This document shows positions 43,502 through 51,672 of a DNA stretch of 64,000 bases, piece by piece. Within the stretch, counting starts at the first letter, position 1. Every line of letters begins with the position of its first letter. The position numbers were made by a program, and so were the translations under genes. This DNA comes from Eubacteriales bacterium. Lineage in GTDB: Bacteria; Bacillota; Clostridia; Oscillospirales; CAG-272. The notes beneath the pieces were generated by a model that worked only from the letters and a program-made list of their open reading frames with translations, was not told where the DNA came from and did not search any database. The stretch lies in the NCBI GenBank assembly GCA_045531965.1, contig JAZSFA010000045.1, positions 11,714 through 75,713 of the forward strand, given 5' to 3'.

Positions 43502-44131
43502 ATGATGGATTTTGTACTTGCGTCAAGAAACCTGAAAAAAATCAAAGAATTGAACGCTATCCTCTCGGCTGCCATCCCCGAAGTCCGCATCCTTTCGCTG
43601 GACGATATCGGCTATGTAGGCGATATTGAAGAGAACGGTACGACCTTTGAAGAAAACGCCCTCATCAAGGCGCGTACAGCTATAGCCGCCTGTAACTACC
43701 GCTATCCCGCCATTGCCGACGATTCGGGACTCTCCGTGGACGTCCTGGACGGTGCACCCGGGGTGTATTCCGCCCGTTATGCCGGGGGGCACGGCGACGA
43801 TGCTGCCAACAACGAGCTTTTGCTCAAAAATCTTGAAAACATTCCCGACGAAAAGCGAACGGCACAGTTCGTGTCGGTCATCGCCTGCGTGTTCCCCGAC
43901 GGCCACGAAATCGTCGTGAGAGGTGAAGCACAGGGTATCATCCTGAGCGAATACCGTGGAGATGGTGGGTTCGGATATGACCCTCTGTTCTTGTACGTCG
44001 CTGAGAATCAACAGGAACCCCAAAACAAGACGTTTTCAGAAATGACCGCGGAAGAAAAGAACGTCATTAGTCACCGCGGTCGCGCTATTCGCAAGTTTGC
44101 CGATGCGCTGGCACACCATATAAAATTTTGA
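43502..44131 (+). CDS. rdgB: Non-canonical purine NTP pyrophosphatase (RdgB/HAM1 family)
   Basis: [55 protein letters not shown] and ISHRGRA. Confidence 0.9.
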   Translation: MMDFVLASRNLKKIKELNAILSAAIPEVRILSLDDIGYVGDIEENGTTFEENALIKARTAIAACNYRYPAIADDSGLSVDVLDGAPGVYSARYAGGHGDDAANNELLLKNLENIPDEKRTAQFVSVIACVFPDGHEIVVRGEAQGIILSEYRGDGGFGYDPLFLYVAENQQEPQNKTFSEMTAEEKNVISHRGRAIRKFADALAHHIKF

Positions 44132-44147
44132 TCGAGGTATTTTATTT

Positions 44148-44480
44148 ATGAGCAAATATTCAATTGAAGCATACCCCCTGCCCGCACCGATCACGTCTGC
44201 CCAAAGGGCAAAGCTTCGCTCTTTGGCGTCGGATATGTCTGCGATCATTCAGGTTGGTAAGGGAGGGATCAACGATACGTTGGTTACCACCGTTCATGAT
44301 GCGCTTGAGGCGAGAGAGCTGATCAAAATCTCGGTACTTGATAACTGTGATTATACCCCCCGCGACGTCGCTGACGCACTCTCGGAGATTGCCCGCGCTC
44401 ATTGCGTGGGAGTCATCGGTCGCAAGGTGCTTTTGTACCGCCCTTCCAAGGACTCCAAGCATCCTATTCAGTTGAAGTGA
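44148..44480 (+). CDS. yhbY: YhbY-like CRM-domain RNA-binding protein (ribosome assembly)
   Basis: LTSAQRAKLRSLASDMSAIIQVGKGGINDTLV...ARELIKISVL...GRKVLLYRP. Confidence 0.85.
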   Translation: MSKYSIEAYPLPAPITSAQRAKLRSLASDMSAIIQVGKGGINDTLVTTVHDALEARELIKISVLDNCDYTPRDVADALSEIARAHCVGVIGRKVLLYRPSKDSKHPIQLK

Positions 44481-44481
44481 T

Positions 44482-45090
44482 ATGAGAGTTGGAATATACG
44501 GCGGCACCTTTTCCCCCGTCCACGTGGGTCATGTGGCAGCTGCCAAAGCTTTTATGGAACAGATGTGGCTGGATATCCTTTACGTGATTCCCACAGGCGT
44601 GACGCCACATAAGGTGATGAAGGGGGATGCCACCGCCGCGGATCGCTTGGAAATGTGCCGTCTTGCTTTTCAGGGTATCGACGGCGTGATTGTCAGCGAT
44701 CTGGAAATGAAACGTGAAGGGAAGAGCTATACCGTGGATACGCTTCGGGAACTGTATCATCCGGACAACCGCTTGTTCTTTTTGATGGGCACCGATATGC
44801 TTTTGACTTTGGATCAATGGCGTCAGCCCGAGGAAATCTTCAGACTGTGTTATCCTGTGTATATCCGCCGCGAAGCAGATACGTCACTGGATGATCGGAT
44901 CGTCGAGAAAATTTCACTATACAATCAGAAATACGGCAAGGTTGTGCGGAGGATCACCGCCCCTGCCATTGAACTGTCTTCATCTACGGTTCGCGCTGTG
45001 GCAGGGCAGGGGAAGTCCATCACAGGACTGGTCCCTCCTGCCGTGGAAGCTTATATTAAGGAGAAAGGTCTGTATCAACAGGCCGATTAA
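44482..45090 (+). CDS. nadD: Nicotinate-nucleotide adenylyltransferase
   Basis: GIYGGTFSPVHVGHV (the (H/T)xGH motif) and ELSSSTVR (ISST-like). Confidence 0.93.
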   Translation: MRVGIYGGTFSPVHVGHVAAAKAFMEQMWLDILYVIPTGVTPHKVMKGDATAADRLEMCRLAFQGIDGVIVSDLEMKREGKSYTVDTLRELYHPDNRLFFLMGTDMLLTLDQWRQPEEIFRLCYPVYIRREADTSLDDRIVEKISLYNQKYGKVVRRITAPAIELSSSTVRAVAGQGKSITGLVPPAVEAYIKEKGLYQQAD

Positions 45091-45094
45091 GAGG

Positions 45095-45745
45095 ATGAAT
45101 CAGACCCTTTATTCGTGGGGCACAGAAGAACTGAATGCGTTGAGAGCAGCCATCATGTTGGAAATGTCCCCTTTCCGTTATACTCACACCGCTGCTGTGG
45201 AGGACATGATTGCCCGACTGTGTGCGCTGTATTGTCCGGAAAAGGAAAATCTGCTCCGGGCGGCTGCCTTGCTTCACGACCTGACGAAAGAAATCAAAGC
45301 CGAGGAGCAAGAGGCACTGTGCGCTTCCCTTGGCGTGGAACTGTCCGATATGGACAGAATGACCCCCAAGACCCACCATGCCAAATCAGCCGCAGCCCTG
45401 ATCCCCTTGAAATACCCGGCGTTTGCTCATGAGGAACTCATCCGCGCTGTACGTTACCACACCACAGGACGGGCAGAGATGACGTTGTCGGAAAAGCTTT
45501 TGTACCTGGCGGACTATATTGATGAAAGTCGAACCTTCCCGGATTGTGTGACGTTGCGTACTTGCTTTTGGTCGGCTTGCCCCGAGGCTATGTCTTTGGA
45601 AGAACGATTGATTCTTTTGGATGACGTTATCTTGCTTTCCTTTAATATGACCATTCGCTCCCTTCTATCAGAAGATGCTCCTGTGGCGAATGATACCATG
45701 AATGCGCGCAACAGCTTGCTTTGTGCCCGTGTAAAAAGAAAATGA
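45095..45745 (+). CDS. yqeK: HD-domain phosphohydrolase YqeK (bis(5'-nucleosyl)-tetraphosphatase family)
   Basis: RYTHTAAVEDM, LLHDLTKE and YHTTGRAEMT. The start is trimmed to the ATG at 45095. The first 68 codons of the track ORF overlap nadD. Confidence 0.85.
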   Translation: MNQTLYSWGTEELNALRAAIMLEMSPFRYTHTAAVEDMIARLCALYCPEKENLLRAAALLHDLTKEIKAEEQEALCASLGVELSDMDRMTPKTHHAKSAAALIPLKYPAFAHEELIRAVRYHTTGRAEMTLSEKLLYLADYIDESRTFPDCVTLRTCFWSACPEAMSLEERLILLDDVILLSFNMTIRSLLSEDAPVANDTMNARNSLLCARVKRK

Positions 45746-45770
45746 TCAATTACAATTAAGAGGTATAATT

Positions 45771-46160
45771 ATGGATGAATTAAATACTAACGCGATGAAT
45801 GAAATGGAAGAACCTACCCCCGAGCCTTTGCAGGGGGCTGCCCCTGAAACACTGGCAAAGGCAATTGCAGAATTTCTTGACCATAAGCGTGCCAAGGATG
45901 TGAAGGTTATTTCGATGGAAGGTAAAACCGATATCTGTGATTATATGGTACTGGCAACCGGTAATGCCTCCACTCACGTGCAGGCGCTGGGTGGCGAGGT
46001 GGAATACCAAATGTCTCGCCGCTTGGTGGAGCCCCTTCATGTGGAAGGGCGGGATAATCACGCGTGGATCGTGCTGGATTACAGTCACGTGCTTGTGCAT
46101 ATATTTACAAAAGAGACTCGAGAATTTTACAATCTCGACCGTCTTTATGGCGAAGAGTGA
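45771..46160 (+). CDS. rsfS: Ribosome silencing factor RsfS
   Basis: DYMVLATGNASTHVQAL, WIVLDYSHVLVHIF and REFYNLDRLYG. Confidence 0.92.
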   Translation: MDELNTNAMNEMEEPTPEPLQGAAPETLAKAIAEFLDHKRAKDVKVISMEGKTDICDYMVLATGNASTHVQALGGEVEYQMSRRLVEPLHVEGRDNHAWIVLDYSHVLVHIFTKETREFYNLDRLYGEE

Positions 46161-46171
46161 TATTGTGCCAC

Positions 46172-46213
46172 AAGACACCTCCCCGATTTTTATGGGGAGG
46201 TGTCTTATTTTTG
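46172..46213 (+). terminator. rsfS intrinsic terminator
   Basis: AAGACACCTCCCC-loop-GGGGAGGTGTCTT followed by ATTTTTG. Confidence 0.85.
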
Positions 46214-46264
46214 AACGCCGTACAAAAAATAATACATTTTTAGAAACTTTTTCGCAAAAAAGTC

Positions 46265-46293
46265 TTTACAAATTGTCAAGGGTATGCTATAAT
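46265..46293 (+). promoter_or_regulatory. Sigma-A promoter of the response-regulator gene
   Basis: TTTACA, 17 nt, TATAAT. It leaves a leader of about 150 nt with the hairpin CCGCAAgcagTTGCGG just before the RBS. Confidence 0.5.
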
Positions 46294-46445
46294 AAAAATG
46301 CTATAAATTATGGATGGACTGTGTCCTTGGTTTCAGAGAAAATTCAAGGTTTGTTCACATGGTCATCCCACATATGCGTTATCATAATATAAAGTGAAAT
46401 GGAAACAAGAGCCGCAAGCAGTTGCGGATGAGGAGGATACGCCAA

Positions 46446-47138
46446 ATGATGGATACCAAAATTCTCGTGATCGATGATGATCCTATGATCAGTGACATGA
46501 TGAAGACCCATTTTGAAAACGAAGGCTACGAAGTCAAAACCGTGGCTGACGGTGCGGAAGGGATCAGCTATTTTAAGATGTACGAGCCGGATATGGTACT
46601 TTTGGATATTATGCTTCCCAAAAAAGATGGTTGGCAGGTCTGTCGTGAAATCAGAGAGATTTCATCTAAGCCGATCATTATGGTCTCTGCTAAGTCCGAT
46701 ATTTTTGATAAGGTCTTAGGTCTTGAATTGGGCGCTGACGATTATGTGGTCAAGCCTTTTGATCTTAAGGAGCTTTCCGCCCGCGTCAAAGCCGTTTTGC
46801 GCCGCTGTCAGACAAGCGCGGGACAGAACGATGACGAGGTGATTCGTTTTGATAATATTGAAATCAGTAAGCTGAAATACGAACTGAAACTGAAGGGAAG
46901 ATCTATTGACATTCCCCCAAAGGAGTTAGAACTTCTGTATTTCTTGGCTTCCAATTATAACCGTGTCTTCACCCGAGACCAATTGCTGGATAAGGTCTGG
47001 GGCTTTGATTACTTAGGTGACTCCCGTACCGTGGATGTTCACGTGAAGCGTCTCCGTGAAAAACTGGAAGGTGTTTCGGATAAATGGATTCTGAAAACCG
47101 TATGGGGCGTTGGCTATAAATTTGAACTTTTGAGCTGA
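46446..47138 (+). CDS. OmpR/PhoB-family response regulator, with no adjacent histidine kinase
   Basis: Receiver domain ILVIDDD...MVLLDIMLPKKDG...SAKS. Winged-helix output domain LTPKE-like PPKELELLYFL and TVWGVGYKF. The ATG at 46446 follows GAGGAGG. Confidence 0.9.
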   Translation: MMDTKILVIDDDPMISDMMKTHFENEGYEVKTVADGAEGISYFKMYEPDMVLLDIMLPKKDGWQVCREIREISSKPIIMVSAKSDIFDKVLGLELGADDYVVKPFDLKELSARVKAVLRRCQTSAGQNDDEVIRFDNIEISKLKYELKLKGRSIDIPPKELELLYFLASNYNRVFTRDQLLDKVWGFDYLGDSRTVDVHVKRLREKLEGVSDKWILKTVWGVGYKFELLS

Positions 47139-47263
47139 TGATATGAAGGGAAGCTTGTGCGCGGCATGGGCTTCCCATCTCCGTATGTTCGCCTTGCTGT
47201 TTTCACTTGACAAAGAGCACGGTAATGGCGACGTTGTAAAATTAACGAAAAGAGATCCTGCCC

Positions 47264-48820
47264 ATGAATGAGAACGAAAACAAGAAAACAAATGAAAATG
47301 AATTGTCTCCGACGGTAGAAACTTCGGAAACGCCTGAGACTTTACCCCAAACACACGAAGAAGTGTCCTTTCCCGAAGAGGTTGAAGACGCGCCCCAAAA
47401 TCCTCAAACGGATGAATTCGCTCCAACCGAGGAAGCTTCAGAAGAAAGCTCGGGCACAGCATCTGTGAAGGAAAAAAAACAGGAAAGCGCAGAGCGTTTA
47501 TCGACGCCCACACCGGCAGAAAGTGAACGGCATGACGCGACAGTTTTGAACTCTCCTGCAAGTCAACAGATTCCGGTTCCTCCCCCTCCTGCTACGGTTT
47601 ATCGTTGGACTTATGCTGATCAGAAAAAACGGGATATGGATATCGGCAAGAAAAGAAGAACTGCAGGGCTGTGGATTTATGCCTTGGTCATGACCGGTGT
47701 TTTTGCCTTGAGCTTTGGGTTGCTTCTGGGCGTTCTCCTGATGAAGGGAGGAGAGCTCCCCACCGTTCAATTCGGAGAAAGCATGACCGATGAAAACGGC
47801 GCCATCTTGGGAAGTAACGACTATGCGGATTCGATGGCAATCGAAAAGACCAAGAAATCCGTGGTGCTGATTGAGGTCACGACGCCTACCGGAGGCGGAA
47901 GCGGGACAGGTATTGTTTTGAGCGCCGACGGCTATATTGCCACCAATCATCACGTGATCGAGGACGGCACAGTCATTCGCGTGAAATTCTATGACGGTTC
48001 TTATGCGACAGCCACGCTTCGCGGCTCTTCCGAGGTGGACGATCTTGCCGTGATCAAGGTGGATCGTTCTAATCTGACGCCCGCAACCTTTGCTCATTCC
48101 TCGGAATGCTTTGTGGGACAAACAGTGTATGCCATTGGCAACCCCAGCGGCGCTGAAATGGCATGGACGACTACCAGAGGATGCATTTCCTATGTGGACA
48201 GAGAGCTGAGAATTTATAAGGATGACGGCACGTTGGAGAAGAAGCTGAAAATGATCCAGACCGATGCCATGGTTAACCCCGGCAACTCCGGTGGCCCCTT
48301 GGTCAATACCAGAGGTGAGGTCGTGGGCATCGTTTCAATGAAGCTTTCGGATGGATATGAGGGCATTGGCTTCGCGATTCCCTCTGACGGCGCATCGGAA
48401 ATTCTGAATGCCATTATCAAGGACGGTCATGCCAATAGTATCAATTCAAATGTTTCCTATAAGCGTCCCGTTATCGGTATTGTGGGGGTTTATATGGAAG
48501 GCGGCTGTCATTATGTCTTTGAGGAAGACCGAATCTCGGAAGTGACAGAGTCGTATGCTTTGGAGAATCCTGAGAATACCATTTCACCCAAAGTATCAGG
48601 GATCTATGTTCGTTCCTTGACGGAAGGCACAGATGCTGCGATCAAACTGGAAGAGGGTGATATCATTACGGCAATCAATGGGGTGGAAGCCACCAATATG
48701 AATGTCCTGATGAATGAAATCAATCAGTATTACGCAGGTGATGACGTCACCGTCACGTACTACAGAAACGGTCTTTATCATGAAGTTGTCATTACTTTGA
48801 GTGCCGAAAAAGAATCATAA
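47264..48820 (+). CDS. HtrA/DegP-family (S1C) serine protease with an acidic N-terminal region, TM anchor and PDZ domain
   Basis: TM segment LWIYALVMTGVFALSFGLLLGVLL. Catalytic triad context TNHHVIED, DDLAVIKV and GNSGGPLVN. C-terminal PDZ GDIITAINGVE. Confidence 0.9.
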   Translation: MNENENKKTNENELSPTVETSETPETLPQTHEEVSFPEEVEDAPQNPQTDEFAPTEEASEESSGTASVKEKKQESAERLSTPTPAESERHDATVLNSPASQQIPVPPPPATVYRWTYADQKKRDMDIGKKRRTAGLWIYALVMTGVFALSFGLLLGVLLMKGGELPTVQFGESMTDENGAILGSNDYADSMAIEKTKKSVVLIEVTTPTGGGSGTGIVLSADGYIATNHHVIEDGTVIRVKFYDGSYATATLRGSSEVDDLAVIKVDRSNLTPATFAHSSECFVGQTVYAIGNPSGAEMAWTTTRGCISYVDRELRIYKDDGTLEKKLKMIQTDAMVNPGNSGGPLVNTRGEVVGIVSMKLSDGYEGIGFAIPSDGASEILNAIIKDGHANSINSNVSYKRPVIGIVGVYMEGGCHYVFEEDRISEVTESYALENPENTISPKVSGIYVRSLTEGTDAAIKLEEGDIITAINGVEATNMNVLMNEINQYYAGDDVTVTYYRNGLYHEVVITLSAEKES

Positions 48821-48916
48821 AAAACTTTTTTGGGAAAATGTAAAAACCCTATTGCTTTTTTTGAAAAAGTATGATATAATAGTCGAAGTAATTATCCTTT
48901 TGGAGGTTTTTTTACA

Positions 48917-49159
48917 ATGGAAATTTTTGAACTGATCATGGGAATCGTCCTGGTCGTTTTGGCATTGGGCATTTCTGTTCTGGTTGCATTACAGCCCGGT
49001 AAGGATAAGCGTCTGTCCGGAGCTATCTCCGGCGGTGCTTCCGATACCTTCTTTGGTAAGAGCAAGACACATCAGCGCGAAAAGATGCTGGAGAAGTTGA
49101 CCGTCATCATTTCCGTCGTGTTTTTCGTTGCTATCGTGGCTCTGTACTGCCTCGTCTGA
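48917..49159 (+). CDS. secG: Preprotein translocase subunit SecG
   Basis: 80 aa, two TM segments, central LQPGKDKRLSGAISGGASDTFFG. Confidence 0.9.
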   Translation: MEIFELIMGIVLVVLALGISVLVALQPGKDKRLSGAISGGASDTFFGKSKTHQREKMLEKLTVIISVVFFVAIVALYCLV

Positions 49160-49168
49160 GCGCACAGG

Positions 49169-49206
49169 AGAAGTCCGTTCCCAAGGGGCGGGCTTCTTTT
49201 CTTTTA
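49169..49206 (+). terminator. secG intrinsic terminator
   Basis: AGAAGTCCG-loop-CGGGCTTCT (one G-U pair) followed by TTTCTTTT. Confidence 0.7.
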
Positions 49207-49269
49207 CACCATGAAAGAGAACGACAAAAGCCTTCACGGATCTCCCTATCTTGAAAGGAAAAGATACAT

Positions 49270-50469
49270 ATGAACCACGATTACGAATATGATACGCAAT
49301 CTATGGAAACAATGGATTCGGATGAGCGGACAAGTGTTTCTCCAACGTCCGAGCCTTTTGTTCCTCGTGAGCCCAATCCTTCCCAATGGGCGATGAACGA
49401 AATCAGGCTGGTTTTTACCCGAGGGGAAGAATTATTTACTTATATCATGGCAGGTTTTTTGGCTGTGACACTCTTGGTTATGACCATCTTCCTTGCCACT
49501 ACCGCTAAAGTATGGACAACGCCGACTGCTCCCATGGGGAACAGCCAGGAACAGGAAACACAACCGCCTGTCCAAGCGCCTGATGTGGATAAGGGAGTCT
49601 TTGCGGACGGTCAGAAAGGCAATGTTCTCTATCAGAATGCGGATTCTGTGGCGCAGATATCTCTCGATCAGCTGACTGCGACCCACGCGGCACTGGCTAA
49701 GGTGTCTGATGGCAAAATCATTGCCTCGAGCGGCGCAGACGAAAAGGTATATCCCGCATCCATCACTAAGATTATGACCATGATCGTTGTGGTGGAGCAT
49801 TTGAGAAGTGAGGCTGCCCTTCAGGAGACCATTACGATCAGTTACGATATTGTCAAAGCCATGCAGGCAGCGGAAGCTTCGGGTATCGGTTTTGCAGCGG
49901 GAGAAAAACTGACTGTGGAATCTCTTCTTTACGCCTTGATGCTTCGCTCGGACGGCGTAGCTGCCTGTGAACTGGCACGCTATATCGCCATTACCGAGGA
50001 TGCTTTTGTGGCACTCATGAACCAAAAGGCGCAGGAGATGGGGCTTACAGGTACTCATTTTACCAACCCTGTGGGTCTTTATCATGAGAATCATTATTCC
50101 ACCTGCCGCGATCTTGCTACCCTGATTGGATACGCCATGAATATGTCCCTGTGCCGTAAGATCATGACGGAGGATGCCATCGACGCTGATTGTACGCAAG
50201 CCAACGGCTCTACGTTCCCGTACCATATTTACAATAATTTGTTGGAGACTTTCTTCAAGACAACGTATAAAAATCTGAATCCTGCCACTGCGGGTAAGCT
50301 GACGGTTATTGCAGGTAAGACGGGCTATACCCCCGAAAGCAAGTATTGCTTAGCAACTTGCGCGATGGCTGCTGACGGTAGCTACTATGTTTGCGTGACT
50401 GTGGGGGCTAACGGCTATGAGGATTGTATCAAGTCCTATCAGAAGATCTATAGCCAGTACGTGGGTTGA
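49270..50469 (+). CDS. D-alanyl-D-alanine carboxypeptidase (S11, PBP5/DacB-like), N-terminally anchored
   Basis: TM segment TYIMAGFLAVTLLVMTIFLA. SxxK motif in YPASITKIMT. KTG motif in AGKTGYT. Confidence 0.88.
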   Translation: MNHDYEYDTQSMETMDSDERTSVSPTSEPFVPREPNPSQWAMNEIRLVFTRGEELFTYIMAGFLAVTLLVMTIFLATTAKVWTTPTAPMGNSQEQETQPPVQAPDVDKGVFADGQKGNVLYQNADSVAQISLDQLTATHAALAKVSDGKIIASSGADEKVYPASITKIMTMIVVVEHLRSEAALQETITISYDIVKAMQAAEASGIGFAAGEKLTVESLLYALMLRSDGVAACELARYIAITEDAFVALMNQKAQEMGLTGTHFTNPVGLYHENHYSTCRDLATLIGYAMNMSLCRKIMTEDAIDADCTQANGSTFPYHIYNNLLETFFKTTYKNLNPATAGKLTVIAGKTGYTPESKYCLATCAMAADGSYYVCVTVGANGYEDCIKSYQKIYSQYVG

Positions 50470-50487
50470 TCTCTGAAAAACAGAAAG

Positions 50488-50524
50488 AGAAGGGTGCCTT
50501 GGGCACTCTTCTTCTTATTTTAAA
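50488..50524 (+). terminator. Intrinsic terminator
   Basis: AGAAGGGTGCC-ttg-GGCACTCTTCT followed by TCTTATTTT. Confidence 0.75.
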
Positions 50525-50626
50525 ATGAACACGGAAAGGTGCTTCTGCATAGGCTGTATAAGGGGGCGGAAAAGCTGTCTGCCATTGGTTTGTCGAACCC
50601 TTATGATGCTTTTGAAAGGAGTCGCC

Positions 50627-51211
50627 ATGATTATTACCAAACCATACATACGTGAAAGAGTGGTTGAATATGCTCGCACCTGGGCGTTGGATCGTAACCC
50701 TTTGTTCCTGAATTTTACCGGCAGGGGAGGGGACTGTACTAATTTTGCCTCTCAATGCCTTTTGGCGGGAAGTTGTACAATGGATTTTACACCGGATTTT
50801 GGTTGGTATTATGTATCGCCCGATAACCGTGCGCCGGCATGGACATCTGTGGAATATTTTTATGATTTTGTCACAGAACAACCGAATTTTGCCTCGGAAA
50901 ACAGGGGGATAGGACCGTTCGGACGTGAAATAAGAGCGCGAGAATTGGAGCTGGGGGATTTTATCCAGCTTCGGAATGGTATGGATGATTACTATCATAC
51001 ATTGGTGGTTACGGGCTTTGAACCCAATGATATCCTGATTTGTGCCCATTCCGACGATGCCTTTGACCGCCGTCTCTCGACGTATAATTTCGCATCTTTG
51101 CGGCTACTTCATATCGACGGTGTTCGTACGGAAGTGGATGATGATACTTGCTTTGAGAATCTTTTGGACGGTATAGCCATCAATGTTGAAGATTTCCCGA
51201 TGGGAGAATAA
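50627..51211 (+). CDS. Putative amidase-domain protein (Amidase_6-like, NlpC/P60-related)
   Basis: YARTWALDRNP, GGDCTNFASQCLLAG, APAWTSVEYFYDF and HTLVVTG. The ATG at 50627 follows AAAGGAG. Confidence 0.75.
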   Translation: MIITKPYIRERVVEYARTWALDRNPLFLNFTGRGGDCTNFASQCLLAGSCTMDFTPDFGWYYVSPDNRAPAWTSVEYFYDFVTEQPNFASENRGIGPFGREIRARELELGDFIQLRNGMDDYYHTLVVTGFEPNDILICAHSDDAFDRRLSTYNFASLRLLHIDGVRTEVDDDTCFENLLDGIAINVEDFPMGE

Positions 51212-51312
51212 ATGAATGTTAGTTGTTTGCCGACCCGGTCGGCAAACAACTTCGCCCCATACACGTCATTGACAGAAAGGCAGAAAACTACCAATAAAAT
51301 CCCGCACAGCCC

Positions 51313-51341
51313 TTGACAAATCTTTTTTTCTGTGCTATAAT
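51313..51341 (+). promoter_or_regulatory. Consensus sigma-A promoter of the T-box leader
   Basis: TTGACA, 17 nt, TATAAT. Confidence 0.6.
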
Positions 51342-51348
51342 CGACTCA

Positions 51349-51638
51349 TTCCTATTTTTAAAAAGCGTATGAGCGGAAACAAGTAGCCCGTTGGGTCGAA
51401 TGCAGAGAGACTGCGGTTGGTGAGAGCAGTCGGAGACAGACGGGGGAATACATTCTGCCAGCTTGACACCCAAAGGATCCACACCGAGTAGGCTGTCACG
51501 GGTGCGCCCGTTGTAGCGCAAGGGGAGCTTTGTCCCCGAAAGACCGTGCTTTCAAAGTCATAGATAAGCATGGTGAACTGAGGTGGTACCACGCTTTGGC
51601 GTCCTCTGTCGTCTATTGAGACACAGGGGGCTTTTTTG
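51349..51638 (+). ncRNA. T-box riboswitch leader (candidate specifier UAC = Tyr)
   Basis: AGUA at 51382-51385. AGAGAGA bulge at 51404-51410. Distal loop GGUUGGUGAGA at 51415-51425. GGAA-UAC-A, with UAC at 51449-51451. F-box-like CCGUUGUA at 51508-51515. T-box AACUGAGGUGGUACCACG at 51576-51593. Terminator hairpin plus U6 at 51599-51637. Confidence 0.85.
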
Positions 51639-51672
51639 TTACCGTCTACATCATAGAAAAGAGGATATTGTT

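Noticed and set aside
44891-45094. 68-codon upstream extension of yqeK overlapping nadD
   Set aside because: It is out of frame with respect to the nadD coding sequence. The conserved YqeK sequence starts at the ATG at 45095, after an RBS.
51288-51592. Two reverse-strand ORFs (77 and 85 aa)
   Set aside because: They overlap the T-box leader, whose conserved RNA motifs account for the sequence.
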